Assembly: GCA_964527905.1 (NCBI GenBank)
Contig: CAZGQL010000005.1
Span: 1-60,670 of the forward strand
Length of the DNA stretch: 60,670 nucleotides
Source: an uncultured Syntrophobacteraceae bacterium
GTDB lineage: Bacteria; Desulfobacterota; Syntrophobacteria; Syntrophobacterales; Syntrophobacteraceae
Direction of reading: 5' to 3'
Shown here: in pieces, positions 46,531 through 55,195 of the stretch
Layout: the number at the start of each line of letters is the position of its first letter
Position numbering within the stretch: the first letter of the stretch is position 1
Program-made: the position numbers and the translations under genes
Notes under the pieces: generated by a model
What the model was told of the DNA's origin: nothing
The model's input: only the letters and a program-made list of their open reading frames with translations
The model's database searches: none

Positions 46531-47412
46531 TCATACGGGGAAGTCAAGAATTGCCCGGGTCTCATCGGCTTCCCACCTGAGGTCCAATTTCACGCCATAG
46601 GGGTCCATGAGTCGGCGCACTGCATAGAGACCGAATCCTTGAGGCATGTCGTGGTCTTTCGTGCCGTCCGATGCCTCCGCCCAGTTAGAGTAAAACAGTT
46701 TGAAATAGGTGTGCCTAGGCAATGAGCGATCCAAACCGATGCCTGTGTCGCAGATGCTCACGCGAATCCAGTTGTCCTGGCGACGACAGCGGATGGTGAG
46801 TCGTTTGTGGGGGGCGTCTCGCAGGGCCAGAATCGCGTTCTCAAACAGGTGCATGAGCGCGGGCACGACATGTTTGCCCGGGATGCGGACGGGGGGAAGG
46901 TTTTCCTGGAGGTCCAGGACGACTTCCACCTGATGTTTCAAGAACAGATCGGCCCGAAAGATTTTCGACAGTTTGACCAGCACGAACGGAAGGTCCACGT
47001 CGGAATCGCTGCTCTCGATCTCATGAATGATCATAAAATCCTGAAGCATGTCGGCCAGAGCGGACACCTGCCTGGACAGTTTGTCCAGGCGCTCTTGTTG
47101 TTTCGTGAGCAGCTTTTGCCAGGCTTCCCTCTCTTCCGGGGGCAGTCCTTCCCCCAAGCGGTGGAACTGCCTTTGGCCCTGCTCCATCATTTCCACCAGC
47201 ATGGAGAGATTGTGGAGCGGCCCGTTGATGTTATGGATCAGGCCCCTGACCAACTTGCCTGTGTGCCCGATGCGGTCCTTGTGCATGAGAGCATCAAGGA
47301 GGAGCTTGACCTGACCATCCGGGCTGTCCTTTTCAGCCGTTTCGGAAGCCATTGCGTCGTCACTTTCACGTGTGGGGTGAGCCAACATGGGATTGAGGCG
47401 TCCAGGGCGCAT
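46531..47412 (-). CDS. Soluble histidine kinase (no TM; HisKA-like H-box + HATPase_c)
   Basis: H-box region GKLVRGLIHNINGPLHNLSML. ATPase region RVSICDTGIGLD...GFGLYAVRRLMDPYG. Confidence 0.75.
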   Translation of the reverse strand: MRPGRLNPMLAHPTRESDDAMASETAEKDSPDGQVKLLLDALMHKDRIGHTGKLVRGLIHNINGPLHNLSMLVEMMEQGQRQFHRLGEGLPPEEREAWQKLLTKQQERLDKLSRQVSALADMLQDFMIIHEIESSDSDVDLPFVLVKLSKIFRADLFLKHQVEVVLDLQENLPPVRIPGKHVVPALMHLFENAILALRDAPHKRLTIRCRRQDNWIRVSICDTGIGLDRSLPRHTYFKLFYSNWAEASDGTKDHDMPQGFGLYAVRRLMDPYGVKLDLRWEADETRAILDFPV

Positions 47413-48920
47413 CAGGATGATTCTCCCTCCAAGGAAGACAGGAATGCATTCACGACATCTCGATCGAACTGTCGACCGCTGTTGCGTTTCAGTTCATCCA
47501 GTGCCGCCGACCGGGACATGGCCTTTCGGTATGCCCGTTGGGACGTCATGGCGTCAAACGCGTCGGCCACCATCACAATGCGGGCAAGGACCGGAATGTC
47601 TTCACCCCTCAATCCGTCCGGGTAGCCGCTGCCATCCCAGCGCTCGTGGTGATGACGAATGATCGCCCTTTCCTGTGGACTCAAGCCGAGTTCCGAGACG
47701 ATCGATTCACCGATCTCCGGATGCCTGCGCACGATCTCGTATTCCTCGCGGGTCAAGGCAGAGGGTTTGTTGAGGATGCTGTCCGCGATACCGATCTTGC
47801 CTATGTCATGCAGGTATCCAACGGTTCGAAGCGCTTCCATCTCCTCAGCCCCGCATCCCATCTTCCGAGCGATTTTGTGAGCGTAGTGCGTCACACGCTC
47901 CGAATGCTTTCCTGTATATAAGTCCTTTGCTTCCAAAGCGTTTACCAAAGACCTCAGAATGCCGTAAAAATTGCTCACCATGCTCTCGTAAAGAGCCATG
48001 TTCTCGATGGCGAGGGCGGCCTTTTTCATCAGGAAATCCAAGAGCTTAAGTTGGACACCGGGTTGTTCGCAGAGGGGATCGCTCCCCAGCGTCGCCAGAA
48101 ACCCGAACAGCTCCCCTCGGATTCGAAGAGGCCAGCAAGAGTAGAGGGGCCCCTCGGAGGGGTCATGTCCGCTGGCCGCCTTGCCGAGAAAGTCGCCAGC
48201 CCGCATCTGAAAGAAACCCGTGGTCCCGTTCAAGCGCCTCCTCATCCCGTCGCCTTCGATCTCGAAATAGGCCCCCGACGCGCTGATCTCATCCAGTCCG
48301 TGCCCCGAGATGAGGATGAGGTGATGCTGGTCCGGCGGCAAAATGAAAAATCCCACCTTGTCGGCGGCCGTCAGGCGTGCCGCCATCTGTACAATGCGGG
48401 GATACAGGTCCTCTGTCGATCTCACCGCGTCGATCTGGCCCGAGATCTCGAAGAGCTTGATCTGTTCATCGACTTTGGCTTCCAATTCCCTGTTCACGCA
48501 CTCGAGTTGTTTCTGGGTCTGGATTTCGAGCTTGAGCCTCAGGTTCTCCAAGAGGAGACTTCGCTCCTTGGTCACGCGCTCCAATGCCAGGACCATGTCC
48601 TGAAGCGTAAAGGGTTTGGGAAGAAAATCCGAGGCCCCCTTGCGCATGGCTTGAATGGTGTTGCTCATCGTTGGGTAGCCGCTCATCATAACAACCGGTA
48701 GAGTCGGGTCCTCGGTTTTCAGAATCCCCACCAACTGAATGCCGTCCATGTCGGGGAGGCGGAGATCCACAAACGCACAATCGTACGTTTCCTGCTTGAT
48801 GGCCCGCAGTGCCTCGTGCGCGGAAGTGCAGGTCTCCACGCGCTCGTGCTGCAGTTGCTGCAGGTACTCGCGCAATAGGTCACAGAGGATCGCGTCGTCC
48901 TCAACGATAATGATTTTCAT
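47412..48920 (-). CDS. Response regulator with REC-GAF-HD-GYP architecture (predicted c-di-GMP phosphodiesterase)
   Basis: MKIIIVEDDAILCDLL...FVDLRLPDMDGIQL, a central GAF-like region, and an HD-GYP domain (YLHDIGKIGI...HHERWDGSGYPDGL). Confidence 0.85.
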   Translation of the reverse strand: MKIIIVEDDAILCDLLREYLQQLQHERVETCTSAHEALRAIKQETYDCAFVDLRLPDMDGIQLVGILKTEDPTLPVVMMSGYPTMSNTIQAMRKGASDFLPKPFTLQDMVLALERVTKERSLLLENLRLKLEIQTQKQLECVNRELEAKVDEQIKLFEISGQIDAVRSTEDLYPRIVQMAARLTAADKVGFFILPPDQHHLILISGHGLDEISASGAYFEIEGDGMRRRLNGTTGFFQMRAGDFLGKAASGHDPSEGPLYSCWPLRIRGELFGFLATLGSDPLCEQPGVQLKLLDFLMKKAALAIENMALYESMVSNFYGILRSLVNALEAKDLYTGKHSERVTHYAHKIARKMGCGAEEMEALRTVGYLHDIGKIGIADSILNKPSALTREEYEIVRRHPEIGESIVSELGLSPQERAIIRHHHERWDGSGYPDGLRGEDIPVLARIVMVADAFDAMTSQRAYRKAMSRSAALDELKRNSGRQFDRDVVNAFLSSLEGESS

Positions 48921-48928
48921 GCCGATGC

Positions 48929-49615
48929 CTACATGGGTCCCACGTGATGAAAAAGCGCCCTCTTGAGCGCGTTGAATTCGCTTTCGTTCAGCGCACCCTC
49001 ACGTTTGAGCTCCGCCAAGCGCTCCAACCTTCTTAGAACGACCGTGGGAGAATCCTCGGGCGCTTCATAATAGTATAACGGCAGGGCCCGCTGGGGGTAG
49101 AGGCGGTAAGGCTCTCGTCTCTTGTCATCTCGCAACGCCATGTTTTCTTCCATCTTGTCGGGGGCGGCTCGGCCTTCCAGCAACTGGAGCTTTCGGTAGG
49201 CGCTCTCCAATTCGCTCAAGAGCCTGGCCTTCTCCCTGGACACCCGGATCAGTTCTATGGCGTTTCGTGTCACCACCCCGATCCGTTCCGTGGTAAACGG
49301 CTTCTGCACATAGTCGTAGGCGCCTTTGCGGATGGCTTCCACGGCGGACTCAAGGCTACCGTATCCCGTGATGATGATTGACAGGAGCTGGGGAAGCAGT
49401 TGACGGGCGTGGCTCAGAAGTGTCAAACCGTCCATGCGCGGCATATGGAGGTCGGTGATCAGCAAGTCGGCCGGGCGATCCTGAAGCAGGGTCAGGGCCT
49501 CCATGCCATCCCCGGCCAGATCCACCTCGACGCCCTCTTCAACAATTGCATCGTGGATCAACCTTCGGCAGACGTCGTCATCATCGGAGATGAGAATTCT
49601 TACGGGAGCCTCCAC
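48929..49615 (-). CDS. Response regulator: REC domain with a C-terminal SHOCT-like motif
   Basis: VRILISDDDDVCRRLI...LLITDLHMPRMDGLTLL...AYDYVQKPF and C-terminal LRRLERLAELKREGALNESEFNALKRALF. The start is taken at GTG 49615, 6 nt after AGAGGA; the track start at 49630 is a TTG. Confidence 0.75.
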   Translation of the reverse strand: MEAPVRILISDDDDVCRRLIHDAIVEEGVEVDLAGDGMEALTLLQDRPADLLITDLHMPRMDGLTLLSHARQLLPQLLSIIITGYGSLESAVEAIRKGAYDYVQKPFTTERIGVVTRNAIELIRVSREKARLLSELESAYRKLQLLEGRAAPDKMEENMALRDDKRREPYRLYPQRALPLYYYEAPEDSPTVVLRRLERLAELKREGALNESEFNALKRALFHHVGPM

Positions 49616-49681
49616 GCACGGTCCTCTCAAGGTCTCGGTTCATGATCCAAACCCGTGCCGCCTTATATGGTTTTAAGGAGA

Positions 49682-49697
49682 AGCACATTCCGTGCCG
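49682..49697 (-). promoter_or_regulatory. sigma54 promoter upstream of the REC/HD-GYP/kinase operon: CGGCACGGAATGTGCT
   Basis: GG-N10-GC spacing is exact on the minus strand; about 65 nt upstream of the GTG start. Confidence 0.55.
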
Positions 49698-50071
49698 GTC
49701 GTGAAAAGATGCCGCAAATGGGCTGGGTGCGAGAATTCCTTCTGGGGCAGGGTGGTCCGACAGACTCTATCGGGCGTGTTGGCACCCTCATGGGGTGCCG
49801 AGTCCCCCAAGGAGCCCGGCCCTGCGGAGAGCGATAGACGGAGTGGAACGACGGTCGAGGGAGGGCTGTCCCGTGAAACCCCGACTTCAGGTTTGAACGA
49901 TGGATTTCGAGGAGGTTTGCTCCAGGGGGATCGGAATCGTCAACAGCAAGACCCAGGGGGAATCACCCCCCCGGCTCAGCGAGCAGGACTCCTCATGACG
50001 AACGCTCCCATTGTGAGGTCATCCACGTTGCCTCATCGGTCCTCATGACAACCCGCTGAACCGTCCAGCAA

Positions 50072-50470
50072 TCAAGCTTTCTTGTCGAACAGTGTCCCTC
50101 GAAGCTCGTCGAGCTTGTCCCGCAGTGCGAGCAATTCTTCCGGAGGCAGCTGGCGAATCACCTCTCCACTTTCCCGGTCCAGAACACGAACGACCGTGTC
50201 GCCCGTCTTCTCGTGAATCGTGAATGAGAGCTGGATGTTGAGCGTGTCGATGTAGTCCTGGACTTCTTGCACGAGCTTGAGGGTGTCACCCGAGTCCCGT
50301 GGTGTCGGGTTTTTGTCCTTCCCTGCCTGCTTTCCGCCGAGCCCCTCCGACTTGGCGCCCGGCTCGGTTTTGGCGACCGGAGCGATGAGGGGTGTCTGCT
50401 GGGAATCAGTGTCGTAGCGAATCCACGATTCCGCAACCAGAGGCTGAACTTCACGAATTCTTGCTTCCAT
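50072..50470 (-). CDS. flaG: FlaG-family flagellar protein
   Basis: LNIQLSFTIHEKTGDTVVRVLDRESGEVIRQLPPEELLALRDKLDELRGTLFDKKA is the FlaG signature region. Confidence 0.85.
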   Translation of the reverse strand: MEARIREVQPLVAESWIRYDTDSQQTPLIAPVAKTEPGAKSEGLGGKQAGKDKNPTPRDSGDTLKLVQEVQDYIDTLNIQLSFTIHEKTGDTVVRVLDRESGEVIRQLPPEELLALRDKLDELRGTLFDKKA

Positions 50471-50502
50471 GGGAAACCCTCCCCGAATTGATGGCGATCC
50501 CC

Positions 50503-50530
50503 TATTCGGTCGATGTCTCCTGAAGCATGA
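50503..50530 (-). promoter_or_regulatory. Weak sigma28-like site upstream of flaG: TCATG-N15-ACCGAATA
   Basis: Same 16-nt spacing as the strong sites, but both boxes are degenerate. Confidence 0.3.
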
Positions 50531-50545
50531 GCAATTTGGTATGAA

Positions 50546-51189
50546 CTACTGGAAAATCCTCCACGCAGACGCGCTGAGTTGTCCGGCGGCTTGTTCGGCG
50601 AGCAGTTCGGCGAGGCCGTGGATTCTGAGGGCGGGGTCACCTTGGATCACCCTCCAGTACAGGTCGACGTCCGAGCCGGGAATAGACTGACCACGCTGGC
50701 GGTAATAGGCGAGAAGGACGCCCGATTGGGTCTCCAAGACCCGGACGTTTACCTCGTCGTGGGTGTCGCCCCGGAACTGTCCAAAAGGGTGTCGATCTCT
50801 CCCATGAGGACGGCGTCGCATTGGGCCTGGAGGCCGATGCGCACGGCGTCCTGTTCGTTTCTTGGCTCCTGTCGAACCAGCAACGTTTCCCTAAATGGCC
50901 CGTTGGCCAAAAGTTTTTCGAAATAGAGTCGTGCGATGATCTCGTTGCTGCGGCCGCCGTGGGCCGGCCCGCAAAAAGACAAGACTCCAAGTCTCATTCC
51001 CCGCGTTGACCCAAGATCGCGTTCGCTCACCACTTCGATGGGGGCGATCATCACCGCACGCTGCGCAAGGACGCGATTCTTGAACATGCAGCCCGTGAGG
51101 CCGCTTGCGGCCAACAGGACGCAAACCATCCCGACCCTTAACCGGATGCGTGTTGTTCGTTTGGCCTCAGGGAGTGGGGTCTTGATCAA
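50546..51189 (-). pseudogene. Lipoprotein gene interrupted by a 1-nt frameshift at a G4 run (50772-50769)
   Basis: TTG start at 51189, 5 nt after AGAGGAAG. Signal is RTTRIRLRVGMVCVLLAASGLTGC. Frame 1 ends ...LMGEIDTLLDSSGATPTTR*. Frame 2 continues ...GDTHDEVNVRVLETQSGVLLAYYRQRGQS... One extra G restores ...DSSGGDTHDEV... Confidence 0.6.
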
Positions 51190-51437
51190 AGCTCACTTCC
51201 TCTCGTTCAAAGGGGGCGCATGCCCTTGGTTCCGATCAACTTGTCCAAAAATGCTTGCTTGATCGGTCCTCGATTGGATAGAAGCGCCTCATGGCGCGGT
51301 CGTTTGATGCTCCCCTTCCGGAGACCGTGGCTATGCAAAGATCCTGCCGCTTGGAACCTCCTTGGGCGCCGGTCGAAGGGGGACAACGTTGGCGTTCGAA
51401 CCGCCCTAACCGATTCAAACGTGGGAAGGAGCACAGC

Positions 51438-52346
51438 ATGCGCGTGGCTTTGGTGGGAAACAAGGGGATGTTGGCCCGGGACTTAGCCCGGTTGCTCGAT
51501 GAATCCGGCATTGCTCATTGGGGGGCGGATCTTCCCGAACTGGACATTACGAGGCCGGAGAGCATCCGATGGGGGCTCGAGCAGTCCGAAGCGAGCGTTG
51601 TCATCAACTGTGCCGCCTATACGGCGGTGGACCGGGCGGAATCCGAACCGGACCTTGCCTTTGCGGTCAATCGAGATGGGGTGGGCCATCTGGCCATGGC
51701 GTGCAAACGGCTGAACCTTCCGCTCCTCCACCTGTCCACGGACTACGTGTTTGACGGGGCGTTGAGGCGGCCCTACCGGGAGGAGGACCCACCGTCCCCC
51801 CTCGGGGTCTATGGGGCCAGCAAACTGGCGGGTGAGGAGGCGCTTCGAGCGACCCATCCCAGGCACGTCATCGTTCGAACCTCCTGGCTTTTTGGCGCCC
51901 TGGGGCAAAGCTTCGTCAAAACCATCCTGCGGCTTGCCCGGGAACGGGAAGACCTCCGCATTGTGGACGACCAGTTTGGATGCCCGACCTGGACTCGGGA
52001 CTTGGCCGAGGCGCTGATCCAGATCGCACGGGCTGTGGAATCGCCCATGGGAGCGGATGGACTCTGGGGGACGTACCACTACTGTGGGCTGGGCCAGACC
52101 AGTTGGTGCGGGTTCGCCCGAGAAATTATCGAACGCGCGAGGGAATGGGGTCCGGTCAAGGCACAGTGCGTGATGCCGATCCCGACCGCGGAATACCCGA
52201 CGCCGGCCCAACGGCCCCTCTGGTCGGTCCTCGACTGCGGCAAGATCTGTGGTTCGTTTGGGATCGTGCAAAAGGACTGGCGGGTGGGTCTTGCCGAAGT
52301 GGTTCAAGATCTGCTGGCCGACACGCCGCAGATTCCCAGCCAATGA
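51438..52346 (+). CDS. rfbD: dTDP-4-dehydrorhamnose reductase (RmlD/RfbD family)
   Basis: MRVALVGNKGMLARDL...VVINCAAYTAVDRAESEPDLAFAVNRDG...LLHLSTDYVFDG...PPSPLGVYGASKLAGE. GGAAGGAG SD. Confidence 0.85.
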   Translation: MRVALVGNKGMLARDLARLLDESGIAHWGADLPELDITRPESIRWGLEQSEASVVINCAAYTAVDRAESEPDLAFAVNRDGVGHLAMACKRLNLPLLHLSTDYVFDGALRRPYREEDPPSPLGVYGASKLAGEEALRATHPRHVIVRTSWLFGALGQSFVKTILRLAREREDLRIVDDQFGCPTWTRDLAEALIQIARAVESPMGADGLWGTYHYCGLGQTSWCGFAREIIERAREWGPVKAQCVMPIPTAEYPTPAQRPLWSVLDCGKICGSFGIVQKDWRVGLAEVVQDLLADTPQIPSQ

Positions 52347-52389
52347 AAGCGGCTGGGGCCGTTAGAGCCTTTCCACATCCTGCAGACGG

Positions 52390-52770
52390 TCAGACGGTTT
52401 CGATGCCGCGGTAGGCTTTGGTGGCTCGCTGAGCACGCCGCATGCTTTCCAGTTCCTCCGCGACGGCATTCCTTCTGATTGAAAGCGCCGTGATGCAGTG
52501 TTGCAGGCTTTCCCCTGCCTGCAGCAGGAGCGCCCTGAGAACTGCATCGCATGCGGCATCGTCGGTTTCGGAGGTTTCGGGGCCATCCTTGGCTTTTGCA
52601 ATCCCGTGCCTATCGAGTAGCGTCCGCAATTGTGCGAAGGTCCGTTCACACTCCGTGACCTGGCTCAACACCAACTCGTTGGAGAGCGCTTTGTCGCCGG
52701 CGATCCTCTCCGCCGTCCTTATCAGTTCGTTCACGATGCCTGTGATTAATGCGCGGTCAGACTCGGTCAA
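52390..52770 (-). CDS. Hypothetical helical protein, last gene of the fliD-fliS unit (FliT-like by position only)
   Basis: A 126-aa protein with no recognisable motif. It sits downstream of the fliS genes on the same strand. Confidence 0.4.
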   Translation of the reverse strand: MTESDRALITGIVNELIRTAERIAGDKALSNELVLSQVTECERTFAQLRTLLDRHGIAKAKDGPETSETDDAACDAVLRALLLQAGESLQHCITALSIRRNAVAEELESMRRAQRATKAYRGIETV

Positions 52771-52824
52771 GTCGATTCCTTACGCTTTGGCTGCTGCGAG
52801 CCCTATTGCTCGTGGGAAGTGGAT

Positions 52825-53256
52825 TCACGCTCGAGCTTCCCATGTCTTCCCTTCTGGAAGTGGGATGGGGCTGAGGGACTCGGAGGCCGTCTTGCGGACC
52901 TGCTCCCAAGCCTCCTTCAACTCGGAGAGCATGCGGATGATGTGTCCGTAAACGCTCGTGTCCTGAGAGCTGTTGATCCCCATGAGTTGGCGGAGCATGA
53001 AGTTGTAAAGCTTGCTCAAATTGACGGAGATCTCTCCCCCTTGCTCGTAGTCGAGCCCGAGGAGCAACTCCGTGATGATGTCCTGAGCGTGATGGATCTT
53101 GTCATAACCCTGATCAATGGCATTTTTCTCATGCAGATCCCTGGCAATTTCGAGATCTCGGATGGCCGTCTCATAACACAAGATGACGAGTTTCAGAATA
53201 TCAGCGGTTTCCACATGGGTCTTTTGATACGATTTGAGCGCCGTGCCGTAAGACAT
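52825..53256 (-). CDS. fliS: Flagellin-specific chaperone FliS (copy 1)
   Basis: MSYGTALKSYQKTHVETADILKLVILCYETAIRDL...AQDIITELLLGLDYEQGGEISVNLSKLYNFMLRQL. GGGAGG SD. Confidence 0.9.
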   Translation of the reverse strand: MSYGTALKSYQKTHVETADILKLVILCYETAIRDLEIARDLHEKNAIDQGYDKIHHAQDIITELLLGLDYEQGGEISVNLSKLYNFMLRQLMGINSSQDTSVYGHIIRMLSELKEAWEQVRKTASESLSPIPLPEGKTWEARA

Positions 53257-53269
53257 TCCGAAGCCTCCC

Positions 53270-53638
53270 TCAATTGTTCTCATTATCGATCTGGACCCAG
53301 GCCTCTTTCAAGCAGTCAAAGATGGTGATGAGCTGGTCATAGGTCACCGCGTCGGATCCGGGTCCCATGCTCACCAGTTGGCGGAGGGCGAAATCGTAAA
53401 GCCGACTGAGATTTCTCGCGATTTCCCCTCCCTGCTCGTAATCGAGGCCAAGCAGCAGTTCGGTGATAAGATCCTGGGCGTGTTGATTGCGCTCGATGGC
53501 ATGATCTTGCGACTGGTTCAGCCAATGGGTCTTTGCTTGACGTAGGTCCTGGATCACCCCGTCGTAGGCCATGATGGTGACCTGCAGGGGATTGAGTGTT
53601 TCCATTGCGATGTGGTTGTGGGCGAGGGCAGTGTGCAT
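53270..53638 (-). CDS. fliS: Flagellin-specific chaperone FliS (copy 2)
   Basis: ...LNPLQVTIMAYDGVIQDL...AQDLITELLLGLDYEQGGEIARNLSRLYDFALRQL. The start is taken at ATG 53638, 14 nt after the fliD stop, because the longer track ORF would overlap the fliD C-terminus. Confidence 0.85.
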   Translation of the reverse strand: MHTALAHNHIAMETLNPLQVTIMAYDGVIQDLRQAKTHWLNQSQDHAIERNQHAQDLITELLLGLDYEQGGEIARNLSRLYDFALRQLVSMGPGSDAVTYDQLITIFDCLKEAWVQIDNENN

Positions 53639-53652
53639 TCGGGTCTCATCCT

Positions 53653-54980
53653 TTACGATTTGCTGGTTCGCTGTTGACTCGACATGGACGCTAGCTGGGT
53701 CGAGAGCCACGACGACATGTTCTGCATCTGCGCCATGGCGGAATCCAGGGTGATGAATTGCTTTTTAAGCATTTCCATCTTGCGGTTGATGGATTCCTCG
53801 GTGGAGCTGATGCGTTTGTCCAGTGTTTTCATGGCGGACTGAATGCTATTTTGCTGAACCGTCACGCCGCCGTTGACGAAGTCCGTGACCTTCTTGATGG
53901 TCGTGTCGATGCTTGTGGCGATGTGGTTGAAGGCGCTGAGGGTGTTGCTGAAACTTCCGTCCAGGGCGCTGGCGAGCTGGCCCCATCCAAGGACAGCTTG
54001 TTGTCGCCGCCAAAAGACAGTCCGAGGCTGCCGAGACCGGCCTCCGCGAGGATGCCTTGCAGCGAGCTTTTGATGTTCTTGAGCGTCGTGTCGCCGAAAA
54101 GCGGGCCCCCGGTTTTCTTGTTGGAAGCGTCATAGGACATCTGCTGGCTGAAGAATCCCACCAGGTCGTTGTAGGCATCCACGAACTTCTGGATCTTTTC
54201 CTTGATGCCGTCTCTATCGCGGTCGATGTCGAGGGACAGCGTAGCCGAGGGGTTTTCACCCCGGATCGTCAGGGTCACGCCGGGGATGGCATCGGTGACC
54301 TTGTTGCTGGCGCTCTTCATGGGAAGACCATCGATGGTGAATTCAGCATCGACACCCTCTTGAAGCGGGGTTGTGGAAAACAGGGCATCGGCCCCGGGGA
54401 GGTCGGTCAGGGCGATCCCGGCCGCTCCCTCGGTTTCGCTCGAGAGGATGAGGTGGTACTGCCCATCGGCGTCGCGCAGCACGCTCGCGATCACGCCGGC
54501 ATCGAGGGCGTTGATTTTGGTGCGAAGTCCCGCCAGGGACTCGGTCCCATCCAAAACGAGCTCTTTGGAGTTGATGGTCACCGTCCCCGTTCTGTTGAGC
54601 GCCGTTGTGGTGTCCGCATAGGTCACCGCCGACTGGAGCTTTTCGGCCCGCGCCATTCGAGTGACGACGATGTCGTAGCGGCCCCTCGCGGCGCCTGTTC
54701 CGACACTGGCGGTGATGAGGGAGTCAGCCGATACGGACGACGATGAGGTCGCGAGCGTAGCCTTGAAGACGTCGAAGTCGTCGGAATCCTTAAGGTTGAG
54801 AGCGGCCGTCTGCAGCGTGCTCAGTTTGGTCGACAGTGACTGCCAGGCAGTCAATCTCTTGTCGTACTGATCTTTTTGGGTTTTTAGCGATGTGAGCCGC
54901 TGGTTTTCCACCTGGCGTAGCTGGTCGATCACGCTCTGCCAGTCAAACCCGCTTCCCAATCCGCTCAGTGAGATGCCCAT
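53653..54980 (-). pseudogene. fliD: Flagellar filament cap protein FliD, interrupted by a 1-nt frameshift at a G4 run (53984-53981)
   Basis: N-terminal MGISLSGLGSGFDWQSVIDQLRQVENQRL... runs to ...GLSFGGDNKLSLDG. The authentic C-terminus continues in another frame: QLASALDGSFSNTLSAFNHIATSIDTTIKKVTDFVNGGVTVQQNSIQSAMKTLDKRISSTEESINRKMEMLKKQFITLDSAMAQMQNMSSWLSTQL. Confidence 0.85.
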
Positions 54981-55022
54981 GGTGTCTCCTTTTCCGTCTT
55001 GTCGGTCCGGCTGTCCTCTTGG

Positions 55023-55050
55023 AAATCGGCTTGGGGAGAGGATTTCTTGA
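55023..55050 (-). promoter_or_regulatory. sigma28 promoter upstream of fliD: TCAAG-N15-GCCGATTT
   Basis: On the minus strand: TTCAAGAAATCCTCTCCCCAAGCCGATTTCC, with a 16-nt spacing; 43 nt upstream of the fliD ATG. Confidence 0.65.
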
Positions 55051-55143
55051 AGCCAACCCCATCGAGGCCGATTGCTGAAGCGACCGGTCCGCCAAGGTGA
55101 CGGTTATGGATAGCAACATTCAGACCAGCAGTTTCGCACAGAA

Positions 55144-55172
55144 CAAAAAAAAGGCGACCCGAAGGTCGCCTT
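55144..55172 (-). terminator. Rho-independent terminator after flagellin copy 1
   Basis: On the minus strand: AAGGCGACC-TTCG-GGTCGCCTT followed by TTTTTTTT. Confidence 0.9.
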
Positions 55173-55195
55173 CCAACTGTAGGGGGTGAGCGGGG

